Below, piece after piece: positions 1 through 13,280 of a stretch of DNA of 64,000 nucleotides. The notes beneath the pieces were generated by a model. The model saw only the letters and a list, made by a program, of their open reading frames with translations. It was not told where the DNA came from and did no database searches. The DNA is from Macrostomum lignano (lineage: Eukaryota), in NCBI GenBank assembly GCA_002269645.1, contig NIVC01000619.1:1-64000 (forward strand), read 5' to 3'. The position numbers were made by a program, and so were the translations under genes. Each line of letters starts with the position of its first letter. The first letter of the stretch is position 1.

Positions 1-1490
1 CGATGCGAACGCGATTGGCACTCTTTTCCGTTTTTGTACTTGGCTGAGTACCACCCCCAGTCCATCTAGACTTGCATCGCAGGTGACGTACGTCTCAGCT
101 TGGCAGTCAAAATGAACTAACACTGGGCTGCTGGTTACGGCTGACTTGAGTGTACGGAAGGCTGTACGTTCTCGCTCACCCCAGTGCCAGTCCGCGTCCT
201 TTTTGAGCAGTTGTCTCAGAGGCTCGGCGATCGCTGAGTAATGCGGTATGAACTTGTGCAAAAAGTTCACTGCGCCGAGGAACGATTAAATTTGCGCGAC
301 CGTTTTTGGCTCAGGAATTCTTAGAATTGCGTCGATGTTGGACTTGGTCGGTTTGAGGCCGTCTGCAGAGATGACCAATCCGAAGAAATCCACGCTCGCC
401 TGCCGGAATTTGCACTTCTCTCGATTGAGTGTAAAGCCTTCGCGGTGAATTCGCCCTAAGACTTCTCGGAGGTTCTTGTCGTGCTCAGTCTCGTGCTTGC
501 CGTGCACCAGGATGTCGTCCACGATGTTGATGGCGCCTGGAGCTCCTCGAAGCACCGTCTGCAGGGCTCGCTGGAAGGCAGCTCCGGAGCTGGATAGCCC
601 GAATGTCACCACAGTGAACTGGTACAGGCCGGCATCGGTGATGAAGCACGTTAGTCCTCGAGAGTCTGGATGCAGTGGAATCTGCTGGTAGCCTTGACGT
701 AGGTCCAGCTTGCTGAAGCACTTCGAGCCGTTGATGCTGGCCGATAGGTCCTCGATTGACGGTACCGGATAGCTGTCCGCGATCACCGCCCGTTGACCTG
801 CCGCAGATCCACGCAGAGACGAACCTTGTTGGACTCCTTCTTGCGCGTCACGACTACGTTGCTGACCCACTCGGACGCGTCGACTTTCTCAATGATGCCC
901 TGTTGCTCCATCCGGCTGATCTCTGACGTCACTTCGTCCTTCAGGCCGATCGGCAGCTTCCGCATTGGCTCAGACACTGGCTTGACCGAGGCGTCGATCT
1001 TTGTCCGGTTAATGAAGCTCTTGGACCGGCCCAGACCGTCGAAGATTCCGGAGAAGTCGCGCTCGATCGTAGTCTCGCTGATGCTCATCACTCTTTTCGC
1101 CTTGGAAGATTCTGAATCCGAGGGCCTAAAACAGGTCGCGGCCCAGGATCTTCGCTCTTTTGTCGGCGACATAGAATGTGGCTTCTGTCCAGATGTCGTT
1201 AAACGTCACTGGAAGCTCGACCTTGCCGATGGTTTTGATCGCAAATCCGCCGTATGCCTCCAGTCTTGTGCTCGTCGGGAGCAGCGGGTGCCTAGCGAAG
1301 GATTTCTTGAACGTCTCCGTGTTGAGCAATGAGACGGCAGCACCGCAGTCGATTTGTAGTCGGATCATCTGCCCGTCTAAGTGGCAGTCGCAGAATAAGT
1401 TGTCGATGCTCCTGTTGTTCACTGCCAAGACCGCAAGGCTAGACTTTGATTGTAGCTTTTTGAGCTCAGCGATACACATCTCGCTCACAA
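1..1490 (-). mobile_element. Degenerate Ty3/Gypsy pol fragment (protease, RT, start of RNase H), running off the window edge
   Basis: Protease motif QIDCGAAVSL (ORF 1126-1488); RT motifs CVDLRQVN, FSKLDLRQGYQQI, PGAINIVDDILV. In-frame stop at 286-288, then SFLGAVNF...CDASLDGLGVVLSQ...PIAFAS. Frameshifts near 1135 and 790. Confidence 0.9.
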
Positions 1491-2756
1491 TATATTTATA
1501 GAGATCAAACTCCTACTTGCACGTTGCACGTTGCACGTTGCAATCACCTACTCATTCTAGGATGAGTACAGTATACGCCCACGCATTCAATAAGGCCAAT
1601 AGTTCATTGTCAGTAGTCAGTTCATTGCGCGAGCATTGTCAATCACAACACTAGCAATGCAGGGAAAATAAGTCGGGATCATGAAAACGGGAGCATTGTG
1701 TGAGAGCGTCAGATTAAGAAAATGAGCGGCGCTAGGGGAGAAGGAGAGGGAAGAGGTTGAGTGCGAAGCAGGGAGGTAGAGACAGTGGTAGGGAGAAAGA
1801 GTTACGGAAAGCATAGAAAGAAGAAATGGTTCGAGAAATTCAGTAGCTACAGTAGTAGTTTCACAGCTAAATGCCCGAAAGTTGATGAGTGTATTAGCTC
1901 TGCTTCCGTCTGTCTCCATCTGAGTTTCTACGCATATCTGATAAGCCCTAACGCAGGCTAGCGTCACAAGTCGAAAGACAAGTCAAGGCGTATTTGAGCC
2001 TGATATAAAATTTACCCAAGCAACAGGCTTGCTTGCTTTGAGAGTTTTAACCGTTTCGTTTGACCTGAAGCTACCAGTCTAAGCGTGCAATTTGGACTCC
2101 GAGGAGGTGCTACTTTTCTCCAACAAGGCCGTCGGCTGTTTTAAGCTGCCGATTTGACTAAAAACATCACTGTTACAGTCAATTAGTCCGCATGCGGGGT
2201 GTCAACCCTGACTTTTAGGCGGCCGACAGACAAAGACTACTGGCAGGCACTACTCGATGCAAATAGTGCTCGTGCTCAGCGACTCAGCACTCACGAGTGC
2301 GACCTCGGCACCAGCGCCTCCCTCCCACAAAATCTGATTCTATCTTGGCAAGTGAAGAATCGATCTGGACATCAAGATCTATTTAAACAAAGCAGTTTCA
2401 ATGATGAATTTTTAGTTATTAAATTCGTATCCTTGACTGAATGGAAGTTAGGCCGGATGATCTATTACAAGCAGCCAATCATTAGCTACGAGTTATATGC
2501 ATTTAGGTACCAGTCCTCCACACAGCGACTTTCGAATTGCAAATTGAAACTAAAATAGCTCAACGATACGACTTTTAACTTTTAGTTTTGCTGAGTGCTT
2601 GAACGGGTTGTGATTGTTGTTATATTTGGTAGAACTAATCAGTAAACAAGTGCTTTTAAAATTTCACTCTGAATACCGGTCACAAGTCAGGGTTCAGAGT
2701 CAAGCCAGTCATATACGGTGAAGGGACTTCAATCTCAGGTGTATCTGAGAGCTCAT

Positions 2757-2951
2757 CTAACCAATCCTGACACGAAGACGGACGAACTTCTTCTTCAGCT
2801 TCGGAAACTGCTCCTCCGACACGCTGGACTCGTCCAGGTTGGACAGAGTCTCCTCCAGCACACGTTCGGCCATGGCCTTCTCCTCCTGGCTGGGCACGGC
2901 GACGGCCAGGGCTGCGCACAGCAAAAGTCCGAGAGCGAGTTGCCACTTCAT
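2757..2951 (-). CDS. Secreted prepropeptide copy 1 (64 aa; C-terminus KLKKK-FVRLRVRI-G)
   Basis: MKWQLALGLLLCAALAVA signal-like N-terminus, acidic spacer, KKK, terminal Gly-stop; family promoter at 3033-3065; nine further paralogs in the window. Confidence 0.9.
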   Translation of the reverse strand: MKWQLALGLLLCAALAVAVPSQEEKAMAERVLEETLSNLDESSVSEEQFPKLKKKFVRLRVRIG

Positions 2952-4329
2952 GATTGCTTGAGTCGAGTCTTCGAGCTGTATGTAGATTGAGTCGAGTTTA
3001 AAGTTGACTTCTTGAGCAGTTGGGAGTTCCGAATTTATGCGCATCGGATTGGCACGTGTTTCCGGTCGGAGGAGCGACGCTGTTTGACCTGTCTTCTTTC
3101 ATGTGAGAATAGCGGAACAGAGACTGTCTTGCTTTCCTACAAGAAATGATGCAGCTTTTGTTTGCTTGACGACAGCTGTCAGTCAAACAGATAACTCTTG
3201 AGAATTTTCTCTCTGAAACTGGTCTATAGACCATTCAGATTAAGCTATTTGACTTTTAGTTGCATAGTAGAGTTTACCGTCAGTCTCTTACAGCTGACTT
3301 GTAATTGTTTGCGCAGAATAGATAGATGTTTGAAATGACCACTCGTACTTCACTAGTGGAAATCAGCAGTGAAAATTTCTTTGCAATGTGTCATATAGCA
3401 GTCATCAAATAGGCATTGGTGATAGCCTCAGAGAAGGATTAAAATTTGCAAATTCAAAATTAAGGATTGATTAATTTTGGCCAAGGTGCCCTGCATTACA
3501 ATGCGTGTGCCTGAGTGTTCAGGCACAGAGCTCAGAAGATAGGGTCAAGGAGAAACTCCACACTTGAATAATATACATGTAAGATCCAGTAGAATAAAAC
3601 AGTCTTTAATAGACTGGTTTGAGTTGCTTTCCTGCCAAGGTTTTTTGCGTCTAAATGACAGCTCGTAAGACGTTGTCAATACGTATCGGAGATTGACCCA
3701 CTGCATGCTACTTTTGTACCTAGTTGATGCGGGACTCAGGGTCTGATCGGCAGATGGAAAGCAGATATCAGCAAGCAGCAGAGCCAACCTGCTCATTCTC
3801 TCCGGGACAGGGGCAAACACGTTTTCATGACCTTGCTATTATTATTGCAGATTTTCTTCCTTTACTCAGCCTCAGCGATGGCTGAATAATGCGGTTAAAA
3901 CAGAGACAGAAGTCACATGACAAATGCACGCAACCTTCTAATTCATTCTGCGTTCTAAATTTCCTATCAATCCATCTTAAGCCTTTGTGATTTTCAATGA
4001 GATTCGACTGGTTTGTGCCGAGGCATTTGTGGATGATGCTGAGTACCGATCAGTCTGACCTCCTCCATGGTCAAGCTGATGGAGGTACCGTTGCTCTGGC
4101 GCCTTCTTTTCAGTGGATCTGAAAAATGACTCCACCGAAAGCACGCTGCACGTCCTGGTTGATAAACTACTAGCATCTCACCAGGTGGATCATGTACATG
4201 ATCAGCCATCGCACGGCCATAACCAGCTTGCTGGGCCACCAGAGGACGGTCCCCGACTGCAAAGGTAAGCCCACAAGGTGGGATGATGTCCCTTCAAGTC
4301 TCTGGAATATAGTTATCGATGAGCTCTTT

Positions 4330-5480
4330 CGGAGGCCCTGCCTGACCCCTTTCTTAAAGTAGGTTACTCGGACGATGTCACCGCCGTGGCGTCTGAACCG
4401 TCCACTCAGGGACTTTCTTCAGATTTTTTTATCTACACCGCTGAGCAATGGGCGGATCGCTGTTGTCTAAAGCTTTCCGAGACTACGACGGCAGCGATAA
4501 TTTTCACCAGCAGGACAAAGTGGCAGATTCGACCGCTCACGCTTTACGGAAGGGAAATCTTCTTCTAAATGTCCAGGGATTACCTTGGACCACAGGCTGA
4601 ACTGGTCACCCCACGTTCAGACAAAAGCCAAGAGCGCCCTCGCAGTCCTTGCGCAGCTGCACAGGGCCGTCGGCACCACCTGGGGGCTCACTCCAAAACG
4701 TCTCTGGTGGATCTGCACTGCAATGGTTAGGTTGCTATCTCGTATGGCGGCCTGATCTGGGCTAGCGCCCTGCTGATGAAGATCTGCCTTGAGACTCTCA
4801 GGAGTACGCGTCTACTCCTTATGATTGCCTCAACGCTTTCCTTAACATTCCCCTACTGAAGCCGCCAAGACTGCCCGCCGTTTGATTAGCGCTGGCATTT
4901 GTTTCCTGTCCCATCGAGCCATGGCTAAGCGCAAGCTCCTGCCTCACGCCGACCTCTACCTCAGACTTGAGAGACGGTGGCGGGCTCCACGTTTGATCTG
5001 CTGGTGAACCTCGAACTCTAAAACTGTTTCAGCGCTACAAAGTCACCATCACCTCTGTCCGCCACTGTCCGCTGGAATTTCCAGGAGGTCCTTTGTTACA
5101 CGGACGACTTTCATCAAAGACGGCTACGGCGGCTTTGGGGTCTGCATCAGCATCAACGGCCGCGTCATTGCCACGCATGTCCAGCACACTGGCAGGTTCA
5201 CTTTGACAGCCAAGCAGCCTTACAGGCCCTTTACCACACCACAATGAAATACCAGACAGTCGCTGACTGCAACCGGCAGCTCAACCTTCTGGCCAGCAGC
5301 ACTACTGTCAGGCTGAAGTGGATCCGAGGGCACGCAAGCGTTTCCAGGGAAAGAGTTGACAGGCACCCTCGCCAAGACGGCGAGAAGCGGACCACCCTGA
5401 CCGGCCCCACGCCTCTGCCTGTCTGTGGCCTTCGGGGGCTAGCGGAATGGGCGACCCTCGCCTCCCCGCTGTGCCTACGG
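4330..5480 (+). mobile_element. Internally deleted non-LTR retrotransposon fragment with RT end and RNase H (R1/LOA-like)
   Basis: KVGYSDDVTAV (4365-4376, YADD-like), AEQWADRCCLKLS, WGLTPKRLWWICTAMVR, RNase H-type LKWIRGH; frame-disrupted. Confidence 0.65.
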
Positions 5481-6141
5481 ACCATCCTGCAGTCAAGTAA
5501 AGTCGAGTAATATTGGAATCATAGGACAGTCTCTCATTTTTTAAATGTCTCACAATCCTAACAGAGCTAAAAAATCTGTGAGACTTTGGATATTATTTAC
5601 TTCATCAGTCCAGATAGATTTATGGTTAATTCTGAAACAAGAGTTAATCATCAGACTGGGCTTTATAAAGCTTGAAGAATTCCTTATGACGCATGACATC
5701 GATCGGTGTGTCATTCTGGAGTAAAATGCCTGAACCGCACAGAAGAGCAGCAATACAGCTACTCGCTGAATCCTGTCCTAAATCTGGCTTAGGGATTATT
5801 ACCTCTGCCTCTAGGGACTGTTTAAACTGTGAACAGCGACCAAGAGACAAATCGGCCGCAATGAATTGCATACACCTGGACTGAGAAACTCTCGAGTCTT
5901 ACCTGTTTGACTGACAGCTGTCGTCAAGCAAACGAAAGCCGCATCATTTCTTGTAGGAAAACAAGCATGTCACTGCTCTGTTCTGTTTACATGAAAGCAG
6001 AAAAGTTAAACAGCGTCGCTCCTCCAACCGGAAACACGTGCCAATCCGATGCGCATAAATGAGCAACTTCCAACTGCTCAAGAATTCAACTTCAAACTCG
6101 ACTCAATCTACACACAGCTCGAAGACTCGACTCAAACAATC

Positions 6142-6360
6142 ATGAAGTGGCAGATCGCTCTCGGACTTCTGCTGTGCGCAGCCCTGGCCGTCGCCGAGCC
6201 CTCACGAGAGGAGAAGGCTGAGGCCATGGCCGTTCTGGAGGCTCTGTCCAACGTTGACGAGTCCAGCATGTCGGAGGAGGCCGTGGACACCGCTAAGAAG
6301 TGGCTCAGAGTTAGGGCCAGGGTTAGGGTCGGATCCAGGAGGAGGTCTAGGTCCGGTTAG
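6142..6360 (+). CDS. Secreted prepropeptide copy 2 (72 aa; AKK-WLRVRARVRVGSRRRSRS-G)
   Basis: Same architecture as copy 1; promoter module 6028-6060; divergent pro-piece and extended Arg/Ser tail. Confidence 0.9.
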   Translation: MKWQIALGLLLCAALAVAEPSREEKAEAMAVLEALSNVDESSMSEEAVDTAKKWLRVRARVRVGSRRRSRSG

Positions 6361-7909
6361 ATGCGCCTTGCGCTGTATCTGAGACCGACTTCATTTGGCT
6401 AGCACTGGCAGCTCAGCTGATTTGACTCTGAACTCTGACTCGTGGTCACAAAGTTTGAAACCCACCCAGCTCCTATTCACTGATAAAGTTTACGAAATAT
6501 AACTACAGTAAAAGCTGAAGTGCTTCGCAAAAGTACCTGCATTGACTTTTCGATCTTTTTTAACTTTTTCAAGGCGCAACTAGTAATTAAATGCACGTGA
6601 ACTGCTGTTGGATACGAATTGCAGGGAATTTTATGCGTGCTAAATTAAAGCATGGACTTCTAAAGTGTCCACCAAAGCATTAGGTGGATCGAAAAATGAA
6701 AAGAATGCTTTTCTGAGGAAATAGGAAAATCTGACAAACTCTGAGTCTGATTGGGTCTAAATTGAGCATATGGATTTGTATGAAATTGTAAGGGCCTTTA
6801 CTAAATAGCTCGTATTGATTATTGAACTTTTCGCTTGATTTTTTCCCTCATCTGGAGATTCTACGCTTCTAATCATACAATTTTACCCAATGAAACGATA
6901 TAAAAATGGTAGTCTTGCTACTACTGGTAGAGTCTCCAGGCATATCCAGGCAAAAGTCATATTTTGAGACGCGATTGAGGACCACTTTTCCAAGCCTTTG
7001 AGGTAATTCATTGGATTTTCAAAATTGAATAAATAATTGACTCAAACTGTCTAAATATTAGGAGCCTGTAATAGCACGCTAATGTACCCACTCTACCGTT
7101 TCCTAATTCTACCAAACTTTTCTTGTTTGTTTGCAAAAATACACTCCTTCATCGAACTGAGCAGTGTTTGGTGGTGCTCAGTTGACTATAATACATAATT
7201 GGGACAAATTCCAGCAATTGAAGGAAGATGGTCCTGCTATACTGCTGGAAAAGGCTTTTCATATTTATCTACGAGACGCGGCTCGCCTTTAGTGATAAAC
7301 AAGAGGGAGTAAAAGGAACAGAAATTGAGAGAGATGAAGAGGGAGAGAAGAAAAAAGTGAGATGGGAATAATGAGAGGAATGTGCGAGAAATCGATGGGG
7401 ACAGAGTCAGATTATTATCGAAAAGAAGAGTCAGAGTGAGAGTGACTGAAGATATGTGGGAGAGGAGAGACGGAGAGCGGACAGGAGTGAAACTATATTC
7501 GTGTGTGACTTCCTATAAAACAAGGATAAAAGGTGTTTGCAGCAGCATAGTTGAGATCCTCACACTTTCCTTGTCTGACATTCAACAATATATTTGCGCT
7601 TGCACAAATCTATCTGATTTTATCATGGAAGCATTGAAAATGGATGTTCGGAACGGGCCTGATTTTCGTATTCCACCCCAAACCCGGAATTATCCTTGAA
7701 AACTTAAACTTTATAAGTGAGGATTCGAAGACATGCTCAAGAAGTTATTGTAGGTAACAGTTTTAATTTTAACTAGCAATCTTCGCCCCCCGTTGGGGGA
7801 CATCTGTATAGAACCTCTGTTCTCTACAAGTAACAAAAAGATAGCCAAAAAAGGCCTTCACAAAAAAAACAGACAAAATACTCAAAGGAAGTGCAATGCA
7901 AAAAGAAAT

Positions 7910-8332
7910 CATCCCAAGACAGCAAGCATCCCCCAGATAGCAAGCATCTTCCAGATTACAAGCAACCCCCAGATAGCAAGCATCCCCCAGATAGCAAGCA
8001 TCCCCCAGATAGCAAGCATCCCCCAGATAGCAAGCATCCGCCAGATAGCAAGCATCTTCCAGATAGCAAGCATCCGCCAGATAGCAAGCATCTTCCAGAT
8101 TACAAGCAACCCCCAGATAGCAAGCATCCCCCAGATAGCAAGCATCCCCCAGATAGCAAGCATCCCCCAGATAGCAAGCATCCGCCAGATAGCAAGCATC
8201 TTCCAGATTACAAGCAACCCCCAGATAGCAAGCATCCCCCAGATAGCAAGCATCCCCCAGATAGCAAGCATCCGCCAGATAGCAAGCATCCCCTACATAG
8301 ATAGCATCCCCAAATAGCAAGCATCCACCAGA
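7910..8332. repeat. 18-bp minisatellite (CCCCCAGATAGCAAGCAT), about 23 units
   Basis: Direct tandem repetition visible; explains the low-complexity ORFs in several frames. Confidence 0.95.
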
Positions 8333-8394
8333 CAATAAGTAGCTAGTGCGATAATTTCCTTAGCATTATAGTGGCTCCTTTAAAATTCGCTTAC

Positions 8395-11160
8395 TTTTAT
8401 GTTTGAAATTGTGTAAATTTTATGTTTGACATGGTGGCTGTTTTAAGTTCTACATGGCAACTGTTTTATGTTTGAAACGATGGCTTTTTAATGTCAGACA
8501 TGGTGGCTCTTTTATGTTTTACATGGTGGCTCTTTAATGTTTAACCTGGTGGCTCTTTTATGTTTGAAACAGTGGCTCTTTTATGTTTGACACAGTGACT
8601 CTTTAATGTTCGAAATGGTGGCTCTTTAATGTTCGAAATGGTGGCTCTTTTATGTTTGACATGTTGGCTCTTTTATGTTTGACATGGTGGATCTTTAATG
8701 TTCGAAATAGTGGCTCTTTTATGGTCGACATGGTGGCTCTTTAATGTTCGAAATGGTGGCTCTTTAATGTTCGAAATAGTGGCTCTTTCATTTTCGACAT
8801 GGTGGCTCTTTATGTTTGACATGTTGGCTCTTTTATGTTTGACATGTTGGCTCTTTTATGTTTGACATGGTGGATATTTAATGTTCGAAATAGTGGCTCT
8901 TTTATGGTCGACATGGTGGCTCTTTAATGTTCGAAATGGTGGCTCTTTAATGTTCGAAATAGTGGCTCTTTTATTTTCGACATGGTGGCTCTTTAATGTT
9001 TGACATGGTGGCTCTTTAATGTTTTACATGGTTGCTCTTTTATGTTCGACATGGTGGCTCTTTAATGTTTGACATGGTAGCTCTGTTATGTCCGAAATGG
9101 TGGCTCTTTAATGTTTGACATAAAGTCACATATATGTTTGACATGGTGGCTCTTAAATGTTTGACATGGTGGCTCTTTATGTTTGACATGTTGGCTCTTT
9201 TATGTTCGAAATGGTGGCTCTTTTTTGTTCTACATGTTAACTCTTTTTATTTGATACGGTGGCTTTTTTAATGTCTGACATGTTGGCTCTTTAATGTTCG
9301 ACAAAGTGGCTCCTAAATGTTTGACATAGTGGCTCTTCAATGTTTGACAATGTGGCTTTTGAATGTTTGACATGGTGGCTCTTTAATGTTTGACATGGTA
9401 GCTCTGTTATGTTCGACATGGTGGCTCTTCTAGGTTTGACACGAAGGCTCTTAAATGTTTAACATGGTGGCTCTTTAATGTTTCACATGGTGGCTCTTTA
9501 ATGTTTTACATGGTGGCTCTTTTATGTTTAACTTGGTAGCGCTTTGTTATTTTACATGGCAGCTCTTTTATGTTCGACATGGTGGCTCTTTAATATTCTT
9601 CATGTTATAGCTCTTTCATGTTTGACATGGTGGCTCTTTAATGTTCGAAATGGTGGCTCTTTAATGTTTAACACAAAGTCACATATATGTTTGACATGGT
9701 GGCTCTTAAATGTTTGACATGGTGGCTCTTTATGTTTGACATGTTGGCTCTTTTATGTTTGACATGTTGGCTCTTTTATGTTTGACATGGTGGCTCTTTA
9801 ATGTTCGAAAAAGTGGCTCCTAAATGTTTGACATAGTGGCTCTTTGATGTTCGAAATAGTGACTCTTTTATTTTCGACATGGTGGCTCTTTAATGTTCGA
9901 AATGGTGGCTGTTTAATGTTAGAAATGGTGGCTCTTTTATGTTTGACATAAAGTCACTTATATGTTTTACATGGTGCCTCTTAAATATTAGACATGGTGG
10001 CTCGTTTAGGTTTGACGTGGTAGCTCTTTAATGTTCGACATGGTGGCTCTTTAATGTTCGACAAAGTGGCTCCTAAATGTTTGACATAGTGGCTCTTTAA
10101 TGTTTGACAATGTGGCTTTTGAATGTTTGACATGGTGGCTCGTTTTTGTTCGAAATGGTGGCTCTTTTTTGTTCTACATGGTAACTCTTTTATATTTAAT
10201 ACGGTGGCTTTTTTAAAGTCTGACATGTTGGCTCTTTTATGTTTGACATGGTGGCTCTTTAATGTTCGACAAAGTGGCTCCTAAATGTTTGACATAGTGG
10301 CTCTTTAATGTTTGACAATGTGGCTTTTGAATGTTTGACATGGTGGCTCTTTAATGATAGACATGGTGGCTCTTTTATGTTCGAAATGGTGGCTCTTTAA
10401 TGTTTAAAATAGTGGCTCTTTTATGTTCGATAAGGTGGCTCTTTAATGTTCGAAAAAGTGGCTCCTAAATGTTTGACATAGTGGCTCTTTGATGTTCGAA
10501 ATAGTGGCTTTTTTATGGTCGACATGGTGGCTCTTTAATGTTGGAAATGGTGGCTCTTTAATGTTCGAAATAGTGGCTCTTTTATTTTCGACATGGTGGC
10601 TCTTTAATTTCGAAATGGTGGCTGTTTAATGTTCGAAATGGTGGCTCTTTTATGTTTGACATAAAGTCACTTATATGTTTTAAATGGTGCCTCTTAAATA
10701 TTAGACATGGTGGCTCGTTTAGGTTTGACATGGTGGCTCTTTAATATTCGATATGTTAGCTCTTTTATGTTCGACATGGTGGCTCTTCTATGTTTGACAT
10801 GGTGGCTCTTTAATGATAGACATGGTGGCTCTTTGATGTTCGAAATAGTGGCTTTTTTATGGTCGACATGGTGGCTCTTTAATGTTGGAAATGGTGGCTC
10901 TTTAATGTTCGAAATAGTGGCTCTTTTATTTTCGACATGGTGGCTCTTTAATTTCGAAATGGTGGCTGTTTAATGTTCGAAATGGTGGCTCTTTTATGTT
11001 TGACATAAAGTCACTTATATGTTTTAAATGGTGCCTCTTAAATATTAGACATGGTGGCTCGTTTAGGTTTGACATGGTGGCTCTTTAATATTCGATATGT
11101 TAGCTCTTTTATGTTCGACATGGTGGCTCTTCTATGTTTGACATTGCGCTTCTTTTATGT
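8395..11160. repeat. 23-bp satellite (TGGTGGCTCTTTAATGTTYGAMA), about 120 units, with a ~344-bp higher-order duplication
   Basis: Tandem 23-mer; variant-rich block starting at 10501 recurs at 10845. Confidence 0.95.
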
Positions 11161-13091
11161 TTAGAAGTTTTGTGTTTTTAAGGTGTTTTAATAAAAAAAC
11201 TATTTTGCACTACTAAGATTCGAACCCAGGTCGCTACATTAGCATTCCAGTCTGTTCGCATCTGGGCTATCTCTTTTCAATTGGAGTACATCAATTGTGG
11301 CCCTTATAATTCAATTCTTACAGCAAGTCAATTAGAGTAAAAAGTTATGACATAATCAATTTCTCAGTCAGCCAGTATCAGTTTCAATTCAAGTTAGCAA
11401 TATTGGTTACGCAATTTAAATCAAGTCGTGTGTGCATTTCTTCGGCACTGTTTTCTACTTGTTGTGATGCAATCTTTATCAGAATTGAAATTCAGTCAGT
11501 CAGGTTTTTTTCTAGCATTCTTACAATGCATTTCAAGTCGAAAATTTTGCTTGACCTTTGCAAAAAAGCATGTTTTTCGAATATTTAATCCCTTTAACAT
11601 TGAGCAATTTCTTAGCCAAGATGCATGTACCGTCCCAGGAAAATTTCTGATCGAATGGTGCAAGTTTGAAGAAAATCGGTTGAGCCAATTTTTCTGAAAT
11701 CTATCGCATACCCACAGACAACTCATTTTTAGTATATAGGATGACATTGGTAAGTTGCAGGAGGCTTGTAGGGTCCCTGGCGTAATGCCTTTGGGACACT
11801 GCCTCACAACCAGCGCTGAGGCGATTCTGCCCATCCCGCTGACTCCTGAGCACGCAAGGCGCCAATACTGTACGCAGGCACGCACTCATGCACACGCTCA
11901 CCCAGGGTGTACAAAACGGTCCTGGATTTCCAATCCCCATGCATGTGCACTACCTGTGCTTTGGGGGTTGGCCGACGTCATGAGGGTATTTCGCACATCC
12001 ATCCACCCAGCACATCCATGAGCCTAATTATCAGAAAATTTAACGGTCTAAGTGAAGTACACTTTAGTAACAACAAACTTATGCTGCCGCACATACTGCT
12101 AATAAATAAACGCGAATTGGCCTGTTGCTTTCCAATATCAATGGGGTAAAGTTCTGTTCTTCGCCGATTATTTTATGTACTTAAAGACACTTTCTCAAAG
12201 ACGATTTGAGAGACATTCTCAGAAAAAAGTACTGTGTTTATACGCGCGTAATTAAGAATATGCAGACTCAGCGTTTTACCTTATAAAGCTATAAAATTTA
12301 TTCATTTTTTATGCCCGTATACTCAGTAATAACAACTTCATAATTTTCAGCATGATTTTCACAAGGAACGCTAGAAATTAGCGTTGTATCAGGACTTAGC
12401 ACTCGCGTTCAATGCAAACTTAGTCGAAGGCCCGTGTTGTGAACTTTGCAGTTAGACTTTAATATAAGTACCTTTTTCCTTACTACAATATTAATATATT
12501 TAAAATTAAATCTTGAATATTAAATCTTATTAAACACATATCTTTAAGTCTAAAGTTTAACTGCACTAATCTTTCGGATCTGTTGCATGTAGAGACATTT
12601 TTCACTAATTTGTTGACAATTTTGTTTATCATTCTTATAAAGCACAAATTAACTCGCTCGCGTTCGAAAGACTTTGGAGTCTTTGAATTTATTAGTGCAT
12701 AATTTTAAGGATCGCATTAATAATAAGCCAAAATATGCCGAAAGCTGATCAGTGCTTTAATTCGCACTTTATTCAATAAACAAACTTTGAAATAGCAACT
12801 TATCAAAAAAATAGTTGTCTAAAATGAATATCTTGCACCACTATATGTTCTAATTTATCGCTTTTGAGTTGCGTCGCAGAAATAAAATAATTTCAACCTA
12901 ACGAAGCATTGCTGAGTGCTTAAACTTATTGTGCTTGCTGTTTATATTTGGTAAAACTGATCAGCAAAGAGAGCTGTGTAAATTTCACCCTCAACACTAA
13001 ACAACAATGTGGTCAAGAGTCAGAGTTCAGAATCCGGTCAGTCATTTTCTATATGAAGCGACATCGATCTCAGATGCAGCGGAGAGCTCAT

Positions 13092-13280
13092 CTAACCGAA
13101 ATGAATATGGATGAACTTCTTCTTCAGCTTCGGGCTCTGCTCCTGCGACAGGCTGGACTCGTCCAGGTTGGACAGAGTCTCCTCCAGCACACGTTCGGCC
13201 TGGGCCTTCTCTTCTTGGGTGGGCATGGCGACGGCCATGGCTGCGAACAGCAAAAGTCCGAGAGCGAGTTGCCACTTCAT
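13092..13280 (-). CDS. Secreted prepropeptide copy 3 (62 aa; KLKKK-FIHIHF-G)
   Basis: Family architecture; promoter module 13365-13397. Confidence 0.9.
   Translation of the reverse strand: MKWQLALGLLLFAAMAVAMPTQEEKAQAERVLEETLSNLDESSLSQEQSPKLKKKFIHIHFG

Larger units (their letters stand above)
2010..6175. repeat. Left arm of a large inverted segmental duplication (partner ~16235-21136)
   Basis: Reverse complement of 21136-16235 matches nearly base for base, apart from two insertions in the right arm (~20252-20826 and ~16930-17093). Right boundary is approximate, inside the peptide CDS. Confidence 0.9.

Noticed and set aside
2718-2990. Antisense and alternate-frame ORFs over each peptide gene (e.g. 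...LLQHTFGHGLLLL...)
   Set aside because: Shadow frames of a GC-rich CDS; starts and ends are inconsistent among copies.
2757-3044. 95-118 aa N-terminally extended versions of the peptide ORFs (MRINSELPT...)
   Set aside because: The upstream ATG lies inside the promoter module, before the TATA-like box, so is unlikely to be in the mRNA; it is missing or out of frame in other copies and would bury the signal peptide.
3500-4320. Short ORFs duplicated in both IR arms
   Set aside because: Conservation reflects the recent duplication; no recognisable motifs.
7769-8335. Repetitive ORFs (PQIASI, DSKHPP, GDACYL, MLAIWG)
   Set aside because: Products of an 18-bp minisatellite open in several frames on both strands; no coding context.
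11215-11270. tRNA-like A/B boxes on the minus strand (TAGCCCAGATG ... GGTTCGAATC)
   Set aside because: No cloverleaf can be built; at most a decayed SINE head.
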